Assembly (NCBI GenBank): GCA_964016885.1
Contig: OZ024744.1
Span: 46,872,001-46,936,000, forward strand
Source of the DNA: Eledone cirrhosa
Taxonomy: Eukaryota
Length of the DNA: 64,000 nucleotides
Direction: 5' to 3'
Program-made: the position numbers and the translations under genes
Shown: positions 41,631-55,884 of the stretch, one piece after another
How positions within the stretch are numbered: the first letter of the stretch is position 1
How the letters are laid out: each line of letters starts with the position of its first letter
Notes under the pieces: generated by a model
Seen by the model: the letters and a program-made list of their open reading frames with translations, nothing else
Told to the model about the DNA's origin: nothing
Database searches by the model: none

Positions 41631-43656
41631 ATAAATACACACTGTAGAAAGTTCTACTTCATTTTATTTGTCATTAAGATTTCTTATAGAAACACAATCT
41701 TATTTTATTGATGAGGGTGGTGGGTTCGCAGAATCTGTAGAGCGTCAGACAACATTCTTTGTGTCATATAGTTACAGCCCTTTATGTTCTAGGTTTTAAA
41801 AAGTACCAGTAACGCAATGGGGTTGATTTAATTGGCATTCCTCTTTCTCTTCCAATTGCTGGGGTTGATTTAAAAGTAGAAACATTTATTTAAAGTCTAT
41901 AAAACAATGGATAGAATGCTTTCTGCCATATTTGTTCTGGTTCTCTGAGTTTAAACCCGGCTGAGGTCAACTTTGCCTTTCGTCCATTCAAGGTTGATAA
42001 CAAAAAAGTACCTGTCTACCATAGGGGTCTGTTCTTCCTCTCTATATTTCTTTCTCACTTGCTCTCTCTCCTTCTCTCTCCTTCTCTGGAAGAAATCACC
42101 TGTTCCAACCTGGTGAGTGAAGGGCTCCACCAATCTTCAAATGCCCACAGTGACACCCTATGACTCCATCAGTGCAAGAAAAACTAAACAAGATTGATGT
42201 GTTTATATGTGTTATTTTACAAATACTAACTGGTTTATATTTATCTTTATGACAAAATATCCATATTTATGTGTAAATAAAAACAATTTTATAACTTTAA
42301 TATTTGTTGATGGTACTTTCATGACAGTTGAAATTATGAATTTTTTTTAGAAATATTTCACATTTGAAAATACTTTACAGTTTTCTTTTCTTGCCAAACA
42401 AAGGTTTGGTAGGACCCTTCAGTTCTGTCAAAGACATCACAACCTCTTTAGTACTGGTGCCTCAATAAAATACACTCAGTAGAATGTGGGACCATATGAA
42501 AGAGAGATGTGGTCTCCCACTGCACCCTGGTTTGTAAAGACCTGTCCCACCTTTGCAAGCAGGGAAAGTAGACATTAAATGATGATCTATGATGTCATTG
42601 GTGCCAAGCTGTTTCAGCTATTCCCTTGGACAACATTATATATAATGTGTATGTAGTATATATATAGTTTGTATATTGTCTATATGTAGCATATACTCTA
42701 TATATGCAGTATTTATATATAGTGTATATATTGTGTAAATGTAGCACATACATTATATACATATTATTTATATGTATATGTAAAGTGTATGTTTTGCGTA
42801 TCATCATTATATCTACTATTCCATGCTTGCAACAGTTGTACAGGCCCTTGTCAGCATGGCATCTCTCCACTAGATGCGTTACTTCGTCATCTCTTCCAGT
42901 TTTAGCGATTTGAGTTTGGCTCTCACAACATTTGCCCCTGACTTTCTTGGTCGTCCTCTACTGTGGTTTCCTTCCTTCCATAGTTTCTGTAGGGTGGGGC
43001 TGAATCACAGATCAGACTGGAATATCGTGTCTGTCCCTTTCCCTCTCCCATTAGTTACATTGCTTGATTCCTTTTTCTTCTTTTCGTTTCCATTTCTTAA
43101 ATATTTTATTACCTTTAATAATGTGTTTTGGTTTAATATGAACAGTTATATAAAATTCCGAATGTTATTTACACAAACCTGAATAAAGAACTAGCATATT
43201 GATTGAACATGTGAATTAATATAACTGAAGTTGTTTCTGAATGTATTAAATTATGTAGGGGACTTTTAAGTCATGTCACCATCCGGATAAGGAAACACTG
43301 TCAACGACACCACGTATCTGCCATCTTAATTATAACTTTAATTAATCTAATTATATTTTATGTAGTAATTATCTCACGTTAAAGTGAAAGTTGATATTTT
43401 GTAGATAACATAGGGTGAGCTACATGTTTCAAGGTAGGTGTTGCTACATGATTAAATATTTCATTTCAAGTGAGAAATCTGTTACAGATAGTTTGGATAG
43501 CCCACTTGAGGAAGGTGTCCCACGAGGTAGGGTGGATGTTGTAATGGGTGACTCTGGCTATTCTCTGTGGTAACACCTTTGCCGTTTTGTCTGTAGGGTG
43601 GGGCTGAATCACAGCTCAGACTGAAATATAAAGTCTGTCCCTCTCCCATTATTTTC

Positions 43657-44129
43657 GTTGGATTGACAGTATCGGTAGAGCGTCGGACGCCATGCTTTGT
43701 AGCATAGAGTTACCTCCCTTTATGATCTGAGTTCAAATCCCGCCAGGGTTAACTTTGACTTTCATCCTTACGAGGTCGATAAAATAAAGTACCAGTAATA
43801 CACTAGTGTAATTGCTGGCCTTGTGCCTAAAACAGAAACAATTATTTCCTTTGTTTGTTTTTTTTTTGTTTTTTTTCTATTTCTTAAATATTTTATTACC
43901 TTTAATAATGTGTTTTGGTTTAATATGAACAGTTATATGAAATTAATAATTGTTTCTATTTTAGGCACAAGGCCAGCAATTACCAGTACATTACTGGTAC
44001 TTTATTTTATCGACCCCGTAAGGATGAAAGGCAAAGATAACTTCGGCCGGATTTGAACTCAGATCGTAAAGGGACGTAACTATGCTGGAAAGCATGGCGG
44101 CCGACCCTCCACCGATACTGCCAATCCAC
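43657..44129. mobile_element. Two family-2 SINEs tail-to-tail (43657-43845 +, 43948-44129 -)
   Basis: Homology to 2550-2740 in both orientations. Confidence 0.75.
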
Positions 44130-45454
44130 AATGAATGAATATTACATAATTTATCTATAAAATTTCGTGGCTGTTGATTAAATATATTTTGTTTATTTAA
44201 AGATTCACTTCTTTAAAATTTCTGAAATGTTAACACTTCCGGTTGGCCATCGCTTCAATAAACATACTAATTTTCATACTGAAGTTGTTTCTGAATGTAT
44301 TAAATTATGTAAGGGACTTTTAAGTCATGACACCGGTATCAACTAGTCAGTGGAAAGTTATCTACAATGGCTCCAACGATATAACTTATATCCACATTTA
44401 TGTTTATCAAAATACTTCTTTGCATTTCCATTTCTTAAATATTTTATTACCTTTAATATTGTGTTTTGTTTTAATATGAACAACTATGTAAAATTAATAA
44501 TGTTATTTATACAAATCTGAATAAAGAACTAACATATTGATTGAAGGTGTGAAGTAATATAACGGAAGTTGTTTCTGAATGTATTAAATTATGTAGGGGA
44601 CTTTTAAGTCATGTCACCGGTGTCAACTAGACAGTTAAATATTACCATTTATATCAGCTTCATTGTTACAACTTAAACCTCATCTAATTTTATCTTTTAT
44701 GGTGATTATTTCATATTAAAGTGAACGTTAATGTTTGTAAATAACATAAGGTGACTTATTTACCTTATAGTTGTTGTTTTATCACCTGTATTATTATATA
44801 TTGAAGTGGTTGTTCAACATTTTACAGGACAGGAAAATATTATTTTAATCAGAAATCAGTGAACATTTAGTTTTTACTAACTTTTCTTGACTTTATATTT
44901 GGTCTTGAAAACTAAAGTACGTATTATTTCATTTTCCATCACACCACAAACATTGTCAACTTTTCTATCTGAAGTGAAATATCTTGAATTATTACAACAC
45001 TATTTTATTATGCATTTCATTGTTTATAATTCTTACAGAATGAAAATATAAACACCTATAATACAATTAATACTTCATAGTTGCACAAACAACATTACAA
45101 ATCGATTGCAATTCCTTCAGAATGAAAATATAAACGGAGCATATAAATAAATTTACAGTAGAATAACATAACAAATATGTTTTAAATATATACATAAACT
45201 TACACACATTTATTTCACACACACGTCTATTTATTTCTCTCTCTAATACCTACACGCTGTATGTCTGTATATATATATGTATATATATTAACCTTCATCT
45301 TTTGAAATTATGGATATTAATTCTCTTGTCACCTGAACTGTCCTCAATAACAAGAACCTTAACTATAGAAGACTTATTCGTCTGTATATGAGCTGAGGAT
45401 TTTATTATGAATAGAGCTTCTCTCACCTCAACAAAAAAAAAAATACACACACAC

Positions 45455-45539
<85 letters not shown>

Positions 45540-45590
45540 CTGGATATCATGGAAAGAAGAGATGCATTCAAAAATCACTTTCGGTGAAAG

Positions 45591-45834
45591 ATAATGAATA
45601 AAACAATGAAACAGTTCCTTATATTAAACAAATATCATCACATATATATGCTGTCTGAAGACAGCATATATATGTGATGGTATGTATATTCTCTTTGATA
45701 GTTTGTATAATTTTGTACATAGATCTTTTGAATATGCATGCCAATTCTAACACATATATGTCCTAGAAACGATCGTTAAATAATGAACTTTGTTTGTTTA
45801 ATATAAGGAACTGTTTCATTGTTTTATTCATTAT
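45591..45834. repeat. Insert with 42-bp terminal inverted repeats, an internal palindrome and hammerhead remnants
   Basis: Arms 45591-45632/45793-45834; palindrome 45636-45679 centred on CTGAAGA; GAAA-cgatcg-TT at 45766-45777. Confidence 0.75.
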
Positions 45835-45853
45835 TTTTTTAATATTTTATCTT

Positions 45854-45904
<51 letters not shown>

Positions 45905-46245
45905 CACTTGCTTTTTCTTCTTCCAATATCTGTCTTACGCTGTCATACATCTTATTACTTTACTAACTGAATGCTACATTTCTTAATATATGAGTGTCTG
46001 AATATAGCTGTGAGATTTGCAGGAAAACTTTCTCTTCAAAACTGAAACTATCCTCACACGAGAAAATACACAGTAGAGAAAAACCCTACAATTGTGAAAT
46101 ATGTGGTAAATCTTTTTCTCATAGTTCTCCTCTTGTACATCACAAAAGAACACATACTGGTGGAAAACCCTTTCATTGTGAAATATGTGGGAATTCTTTT
46201 TCTCAGAGTTCTAATCTTGTAGATCACAAAAGAATACATACTGGT

Positions 46246-46526
46246 TGTTGTATTCCTCTCGGTACTCGCAGAGAAAACACAACGAGTTATATCAAATAAT
46301 TTGTGTATTGTACGAAACAACCAAAACGCCCCTCCTCACAGTAGCAGAATAACATAACGTAAGTGACAGCAGCAGTCTGTGACCGAGTTTTTAATACCAA
46401 CGCTGACTGACTGCCCAGGTCACGTGATTCATATGCAAATGTGTGAGCACGTGTAAATTGAATAAAACGAATTTAACAGTCCATACAACAATGAGGTTGT
46501 GAGTTCGATTCCCAGTCCATACAACA
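46246..46526 (-). repeat. 3' LTR (281 bp)
   Basis: tgttgtatt...atacaaca, adjacent to the PPT. Confidence 0.95.
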
Positions 46527-46560
46527 CCTCCTCACCGAAATTGATGCGACAAAAGAAGCA

Positions 46561-49500
46561 TCAACAGCAAAGTCTCTCTGGGGGTTTACGAGTTCTCTTG
46601 GACCGTCTTCGATTGTCTGGTCCATACTCTGGAACGGGCAATAAGGTCTTGGGTCTGGTCTGTCTTGGAGTTAGTGGCACGATTTCCGAGATCTCCATCG
46701 GGTGATCTGTTGCAAATTCAAAAACAGTGTCTACTGCATCAACGGGTTCATTGTCTTCCTCAGTAGTGTACCGCGGTTGCAGCTGTTCCCAGTGTCGTCT
46801 CCACACCGGGCCATGAGGTATGACCTTAACGTTGAAGCAGCGAGTACCCAATGACTTCTTAATGATTGCTGGTACCCATTGGGGATCTTTGTCTCGGCGA
46901 GGTCCGTAGTACAGTGCATACACAGGATCTCCAGCCTTGTATTGCCTGGTAACCTTAGCGACACCTACCGAGTCCGGAGTCATCTGAGACTCATATGCTT
47001 CCTTAGACTGCTTGCCTTGAGTGATGTGTGCTGGCGAGGGCAGCAGAGAATCAATCCTTGTCCGTATCTGCCGGTGATTCAAAAGTTCACTCGGAGAGAA
47101 TCCACTGGATGTCGGTGTTCTCCGGAACTGCATCAAGAACTCTTGAAGTGCTGGCTTCGGCGGAAGAGAAGTCTTCCTCAGAGCTTGTTTGAAGGTCTGC
47201 ACCAAACGTTCAGCTGCTCCGTTGGTAGCTGGGTGGTAAGGTGTCCCTGTCAGGTGCGTGATCCCACGTTCTTTGCACCAGCTCTGGAACTCCTCAGAAA
47301 TAAAAGTTGGTGCGTTGTCGGTGACTAGCGTGTGAGGAAATCCGAAGTGCGCAAAGTCTTCTTCAAGCAGATCTAAAGTGGCTTTGGAGGACGTGGATGA
47401 CGTAGGATGAATGCATGGATACTTGGAATAAGCATCCGTGATCACCAACCAATTACTGCCCATGAAATTTCTTGCGTGGTCCAGGTGTAAGCGGCTCCAC
47501 GGCTTTTCAGGTAACATCCATGGGTGAACTGGAGACTTGGATGGCTGGTTTTGATGTTCACCACACGAATCACATTGTCGACTGGTTTTCTCTATAGCAG
47601 CATCGATACCAGGTCAATAAACAGCAGTTCTTGCCAATTGTTTCATGCGCTCCATGCCAAAGTGTCCGAGATGCAGAAGATTGAGGATCTTTGGCTGTAG
47701 GTTATGTGGAATCACAACTCTCGATCCATGGATAAGGCATCCGTGGCAGATACTGAGTGAATCCGATAACTTCCGGAACTTATTGACTTCGTCATTGATC
47801 TCAGTATTCTTTGATGGCCAGCCTTCACGGACGTAGCGTATCATTGTAGATATCACTGGATCTTTCCCTGACTCTTGACGGAGGACGTTAGCATCGATAG
47901 GTTGGACTAGGAAGACTGAGAGCTTTGATGGCGCACACCATGTCCATGTCTTCACCATTTTCCTTCCTGTCAAAGTCGATCTCATTACCAAATGGCAAGC
48001 GACTGAGGGCATCTGCATTGCCATGATCCGCTGTTTTCCGATATTCGATGGTGTAATCAAACTGGTTCAGCCACAGGGCCCACCGTGCTAGTCGGTTAGC
48101 AGCGAGAAGTGGCGTCTCTTTCCTCGGACAGAACAGTGATGTCAGTGGTTTGTGGTCAGTTACGAGTATAAACTGATGTCCGTACAGATACTGATAGAAC
48201 TTCTGCAAGCCAAATATGATGGCCAACTTCCTTCCTTTTGAATTTGGCCGTATTTCCGCTGTGCAGAAGTAAGAGTCTTGGACACATTGGATATTGGGCG
48301 CTCGCTTCCATCAGGATAGCGATGAAACAGGACTGCTCCAATACCAACGTTTGACGCGTCGCAAGCCAGTCCCAAAGTTTTGTTTGGATCGAAGTGTATC
48401 AGAACTCGATCCGATGAAAGCACATTTTTCGACTGATCAAAAGCTGACTGTTCTTCATCTCCCCACTTCCAAGTAGTCGTTTGTTTCGTAAGGCAATAGA
48501 GTGGCTCTGCCATGCTGGCCAGGTTTGGGATAAACTTTCCATAGAACTGAACTGAAACCAGGAAAGACTTCAAGCTTGAGACGTTCGTTGGAGGTGGCAT
48601 CTTTAAAACTGCTTCGACCTTGGATCCCTTCGCGATCCCTTCAGCCGAGAAGGTGTGTCCAAGGTATTCCACACTGGGTAGTGCAAACTGGCACTTGTCA
48701 CCGCGACATCTGAGTCCTTTGTCGCACAGACGTGTGAGCAGACACTTTAGGTTGTTCAGGTGATCGTTTGCATCTTTCCCACTGACGAGCATGTCGTCCT
48801 GGAAGACGGCCACACCAGGTAGATCTTGAGTCAGGTCTTCCATGATCTCCTGAAAGTAACCAGGTGCTGCCTTGATTCCGAAAGGGACTCGTTCTTGTAG
48901 GAGCACCCCATGGTGAGTGCTGAGTGCAAGCCTGCGTTGACTTTCTGGAGCCAGCTTGATTTGATTATAGGCATCAGCAAGATCAATCTTTGTGTATCCG
49001 AATCCACCTCCGAGCTTCTGCATCAGTTCCTCTGGGAGTGGCATTGGATGACGATGATCTGCAAGTTGGTCATTAATTCCCACAGAGTAGTCACCACAAA
49101 TCCGTAGTTTGGGCTTCAGGTTGCCTGAAGTATGTGCTTTACGAATCGGTACCACTTGCGTTCTGTATTCGTTGAACTGTACTGGCTTCCAGATTCCTTT
49201 GGCGATGCCTTCTTCGTAACCTTTGGCCAGGTCATCACGAAGAGCAGACGGGACCGGGCGTGCCTTGTGAAAGACCGGTGTCGCGTTCGACTTGAACTTC
49301 ACTTCCAGTTCGAAGTCATTAAGACATCCCAATTCTTTCCTTGAAGAGATCTGGGAATTCATCACACATGTTGTGACAATCTCGTTGCATGGAAATATAG
49401 GGCTCATTTGAGGTCTTTGGATGCATCACTTCTGCACCCTCACTCTTGGCCTGGCTGTCTATGCTTTTCAATCCTAGAGCATTGTCCACGGAAATTCCCA

Positions 49501-50804
49501 GAGTCTGGATAGCGTTTCGTCCCAGCAAATTAAGATCAGGGATCTTGGTGACGATGTAGGGTATTGAATTCCGTTTACCGGTCGTTGGATCCTTGGTTTG
49601 GCCCATGAAAGTTCCCAGAACGGGCAGGTCGTGCTTGCTGGCAGATTCAAACCGATGTTTGACATCTTGCAGCTTCGGTTTTCCTAATTGTTTCCAAACT
49701 GACACGGAAACAAAATTGCCTGTAGTAGCTGTGTCCAATTCCATTGTGAAAAGTCTGTTCTGGATTGTTATTGGCACATTCAAACTATGAGTATCGTGGG
49801 GAACTTCACCAAGGATCGCCTTGACTAGCTCAGCTTTCGTGATTCTTTTCACGTAATTCTGTGAGCGATGATTACGTTGCTGATGTTGTTTCTTTCTACA
49901 CACCGCTTGCAAATGTCCCTTTTTGTTACAAAAATGACATTTGGCTTCTTTGAAGAGGCAGTCTGTCGCTTTATGGGCCTTTCCACATCGGTAGCACATC
50001 TCCTGGTCTGTGGAATAAGACTGCTGATGGTTCTTTCGAGGACCCTTGTTCTTGTTCTGCTGGACCTTGTAGACTTGCTTGGTTTTGGAACCGTAAACAG
50101 TTTCCTTGGCCACCTTTGCTGCGTCTTCGGTCCCGATGGCAACTTGGACAGCACGGGCGAAATCTAGTTCTGTATCCTTGATCTTGAAAATAGCCTTCAA
50201 CACAGATTCATTATTGACAGAACATATAAATCTGTCTTAGAGCTTCATCTTGTGGATTTGTGATCGAAGGAAAATCACAGGTAGCTGCATCCTGACGTAT
50301 ACGTGCTGCCAGCTCCTGGAGAGTTTCGCCTGGCTTCCGTTGCATGTCACTCCAGAACTTGAAACGTTCTCTCACAATGAAAAGTTTTGGGTCGAACTGT
50401 TCTTTCATGAAGTCAACAATTTCGTCCATTGTCAACTTGTTGATATCCTTAGGCGGATTTTGTTGAGCAGCCAGATTTGCAAGTTGTTTGTAGATAGCAG
50501 CCGTCTGATTAGTCAGGAACACTTGTGTCATGCGTTGCTCGGGTACAGCGTTAGCAGCCACAAACGTGCAGAATCTTGACCAGTAATCAGGCCATAGTTC
50601 TGTTGTTGAATCAAAAGCAGCAAATGGTGGGATGAATGCTGTTGGTGTCGAAGCAACAGGCGACGCCAATAAACTCTGTTGTTCAGAATCTCGAGCACCA
50701 AACAGTTTTATCAGAGTGTCCATATCTTTCTTGTGTTGTTGCATTTGTTGTTCCATCTGTTCTCTAAACAACTTTATTAGCTCCGCTGTTTGTTGTTCCG
50801 CCAT
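46561..50804 (-). pseudogene. gag-pol polyprotein (CCHC knuckle, aspartic protease LDTA, RT FQDD, RNase H, integrase), several frameshifts/stops
   Basis: ORFs 50211-50876, 49319-50203, 48160-49407, 47888-48226, 47614-48060 and 46561-47517. Confidence 0.95.
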
Positions 50805-50827
50805 GTTTTTATGATAAACAATTTCCC

Positions 50828-51003
50828 GGCAATGTAGGTAAATCCTATCGGCAATGTAGGTAAATCCTATCGCCAATGTAGGTAAATCCTATCGGCAATG
50901 TAGGTAAATCCTATCGCCAATGTAGGTAAATCCTATCGGCAATGTAGGTAAATACTATCGGCAATGTAGGTAAATCCTATCGGCAATGTAGGTAAATCCT
51001 ATA
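50828..51003. repeat. 8 x 22-bp tandem repeat in the gypsy 5' leader
   Basis: g(g/c)caatgtaggtaaatcctatc units. Confidence 0.95.
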
Positions 51004-51013
51004 GGCGACGCCA
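50995..51013 (-). promoter_or_regulatory. Primer-binding site TGGCGTCGCCTATAGGATT (tRNA-Ser-like, inferred)
   Basis: TGG start 8 nt after the 5' LTR; complement reads AATCCT...GCCA like a tRNA 3' end. Confidence 0.65.
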
Positions 51014-51021
51014 ATAAACTC

Positions 51022-51350
<329 letters not shown>

Positions 51351-51459
51351 TAAACACCATCACTGTGAAATATGAAAAACACGAATATATAGACACACTT
51401 TGGAAGGACAAATATAAAATGTGAAGCTTGAGGAATCTTATACATCTCAACATACATGT

Positions 51460-51494
<35 letters not shown>

Positions 51495-51807
51495 TTCCTT
51501 ATTTTATTTTTTAATACATTACTCAAATGGAAGAAATATACTGACATATATCAAAGAATAGCACAATAACTAGGGAGTGGAGGACAAGATATGCTGGACA
51601 TTGCTACTGAGGGTAGGATGAGCTGGCTATTGTTGTAGATACCTAAACATTGTAAGACCCTAGTGGGATGTCTGAGATTGACCTACATAGATCAGATGTC
51701 TCAGGATGTCCAGCTGGAGATTAATGATCTGAGGAATGCCACGGAAGATCATGATATCTAAAAAAGAAGAGTAGAATTGTTCTGGCCAATCCACCTGACC
51801 TAATAAA

Positions 51808-52210
51808 TCTAAACTATAATTCAGTAAGAAGCGCGGGACTGCGTACGGTTTATAATTTGTTATCCCATTAGTAAAATAAGTTGCATTACTTTGAATAAAT
51901 AATGAATGAATATTACATAATTTATCTACTAAATTTCGTGGCTGTTGATTAAATATATTTTGTTTATTTAAAGATTCACTTCTTTAAAATTTCTGAAATG
52001 TCAACACTTCTGTTTGGCCATCGCTTAAATAAACATTCATATATTTCCGTCACTAATTTTCTCCTAATGCAGTTTATTTATAATATCGTCTTTTCTTAAT
52101 GTATCATGGATTACGTTACTGATTAAATAAGACAGTGTAACACAGTCTTCGTTCAATTTCTATGTATTATATATTGTCAATTACGATTTTATTTGATGTA
52201 TCATTTCTAC
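51808..52210 (+). mobile_element. Helitron-like element copy
   Basis: Homologous to 6632-7035. Confidence 0.5.
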
Positions 52211-52249
52211 ACACCCCTTCTAGGTCCTATGCGTGTAAAATTTCCTCTT

Positions 52250-52670
52250 TACACTACACACACACAACAACACATCACTCTGCGCACACACACACCACAT
52301 ACCACACCACACCACATACCGTACCACACCACATACCACACCACACTACATACCAAACCACACCACCACACCACATACCATACCAAAACACACTACACCA
52401 TACCACACCACACTACATACCACACCACACCACATACCACACCACCACACACCACATACCACACCACAACAAACACACCACATACCACACCACACCACAC
52501 CACACACCACACCACATACCACACCACCACATACCACAACACACCATACCACACCACCACATACCACAACACACCACACATCATGCCACAGCACAACACC
52601 ACAACACACACCACAACACACCACACCATATCACACACCACACCACATACCACACCACAACACATACAAA
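52250..52670. repeat. (CACCA/CAC)n low-complexity repeat
   Basis: Direct inspection. Confidence 0.9.
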
Positions 52671-54729
52671 CCAGGTAATTATACCAACCTAGTATTTTAA
52701 TTTTAGTGATTTTTTTCTAATAAATCTCATCTCAGTTCTTACCAAGTGGATTGGAACTCATCAGATTGGACCAAGGAAACAATGTTTCCCTTGGTCTTTC
52801 CAATTGATGATATTGAATCGGATTAGAAAGAAAGAAAAAAAAATTAGAGAATATATTTATTTTAAAAACATTGACCTGCATCTTTGGTCAAGAAAGCCAT
52901 TGGAGCATCACTCACAGGAGCTGATAGAGCAGCCATCTTGACAGCCGATATAGGTAGCACCAACAATTATCAGTACCATTAACAAGAGGAAGGGAATGAC
53001 AGAATAGTGACAATAACAATCTCTTCGGTTAAAGAAGGCGTTCGAGCCCCAGCAACCAGCCTGGCAGCCCAAATAGGTAGCAGTTTCAACTACCACCACC
53101 ATCAACAAGAGGAAGGCAGCGACTGCAGCGGTGACATTAACAACAGCAACATATATGTGTATACACCAACGGCTTACCAACAAACACTGCCACTACCCTT
53201 AACAAGAGGAAGCTAACTCCAGCATGAGTGACAATAACAACAACACATATATTTTCAGGATTGAAAGACTCACCTTTAGCCACAAGGTTCTATGAGAAAC
53301 TGCTAACATGCTCGCATGTGTGTGTGCTGAACTCTGGGTCTTCCCGCTGGGAACAACCCCTGTTTTCTTATTTGTACATTCATCCATTCATTCATTTATT
53401 TATTTGCTAACATTCTACCTTCTTGTGTGTCCCCCTCCATGCACCCCCTTTTTTCTCTCTTGTCTTCTGATGCCTCCATATCTGATGTAGGTGAGCTATG
53501 AGGCCCTCTTATCAGCACTTTCCCTTCCACCCACACAGTTGTGCCTAGCACCTAGGCTGGTGAGAACCAGCCACTCACTCCTGATGCCGCTTGGTGCCCC
53601 ACGCCCAATCCTCCATCCCCACCAGTCGACACCTGCAACACCACGAATAGACGGAAGAGGGGCTGGAACTCTGTTAGCTTGACGCGTCAAGCCTTCAGTG
53701 CCCTCGCAGCGTTGAGAAGCTGAAACTGTCTCTTCGTCTCGTCTGCCCAGCCACGGCCGTCTAGCACACCACCAGATTAGACAGCGAGCTTGCCTGACGC
53801 CCAAGCCTCACTTGTCAACATCGCTTGGCTCAGGCGGCGCTGGAAGATCCCACTCAGGATCCCGAGAGCAACCAGGGTGCCAGTAGCCGATGCTCTCGCT
53901 TCCTCTTTTAAGATGATTATTTCATATTAAGGTGGACGTTAATGTTTGTAAATAACATAAGGTGACTTATTTACCGTATAGTTGTTGTTTTATCACCTGA
54001 ATTATTAAATATTTGAGTGGTTGTTCAACATTTTACAGGACAGGAAAATATTATTTTAATCAGAAATCAGTGAACATTTAGTTTTTACTAACTTTTCTTG
54101 ACTTTATATTTGGTCTTGAGAACTAAAGTACGTATTATTTCGTTTTCCACCACAACACAAACATTGTGAACTTTTCTATCTGAAGTGAAATATCTTGAAT
54201 TATTACAACACCTACACACATATTTCTACACACACACACGGCTATTTATTTCTCTCTCTCATACCTACACACTGTATATCTGTATATATATGTATATATA
54301 TTAACATTCGTTTTTTTTGTAATTATGGATATCAATTCTCTTGTCACCTGAACTGTCCTCAATAACAAGAACCTTAACTATAGAGGATTTATTCGTCTGT
54401 TTTATGAGCTAAGGATTTTATTGTAAATAGAGCTTCTCTCACCTGAGCTAAAATAATAGTGGAATACTCCACTATAATCAACTATATATATATATATTAG
54501 CACTTGCTTTTTCTTCATCCCAGATGAGTCTTATGCTGTCATATGTCTCATTACTTGTACCAATTAAATACTACATTACAACTTTGTAGAAGAAGAAAGT
54601 CAAGTTCTGCAGTCTTTTATGCATCCTTTGTATATTAGACTACATGGCATCTATTAACGATATCTACATTTCCTAATGTATCAGTAAAAGTGGTGAGAAT
54701 CCTTTATGTAAAGCTCTCTAGCTAGAAAT

Positions 54730-55238
<509 letters not shown>

Positions 55239-55339
55239 ACCCCCATCACTGTGCAATGTGAAACACAAATATATAAGACACACTCTGGAAGGAAGAATAT
55301 ACAATGTGAAGCTTGAAAAATCCTTATCTTATACTTATC

Positions 55340-55848
55340 ATCATCATCATCATCACCGTTTTACGTCCATTCTTCCATGCTAGCATAAGGTAGACTGGTT
55401 GTCCTGTTGTGGGCAATGCCAGGTCCAGTGACCTTGTCTTGCTCATATGGGAACTGATTTTGGCTTGATATCTACAGCTTGATGTCCTTCCTAACACAAA
55501 ACCTCATTTACTGTGAGGGCTAGGTGATTTTTTTTACCATGGCGCCTACACGGCCACCTTACAGTGTGGGCTGGGTGCTTTTTTGTTGACCACTTTGCAG
55601 TGGGTGGGGATGGGGACATATTTGTCTAAAGGCTTCAGCTTCGGCTTGTAGCCATGTGAAGTCGGGTCTTCTGTATTATTGCATGATGCCAGATGGAACC
55701 GTCCTGCGTCATCGTCTTTGAAAGGTGCAATTGGGCAAGGTCAGCTTTTATCACCTCATCTCGGATCTTCCTGGATCTCCCCACTCCATGGCCTCCAGCG
55801 ACTTTTAGTGCTCTGCACCTTTTAATGCAGCTGTCCTCCTTCATACGC

Positions 55849-55850
<2 letters not shown>
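55340..55850 (-). mobile_element. RTE LINE 3' fragment
   Basis: Paralogue of 10350-10830. Confidence 0.75.

Positions 55851-55884
<34 letters not shown>

Noticed and set aside
50828-51003. CRISPR-like repeat array
   Set aside because: Head-to-tail repeats without spacers, in a eukaryotic retrotransposon leader.
52162-52692. His/Thr/Pro-rich 176-aa ORF
   Set aside because: Product of a CAC-type low-complexity repeat; open in several frames for compositional reasons.
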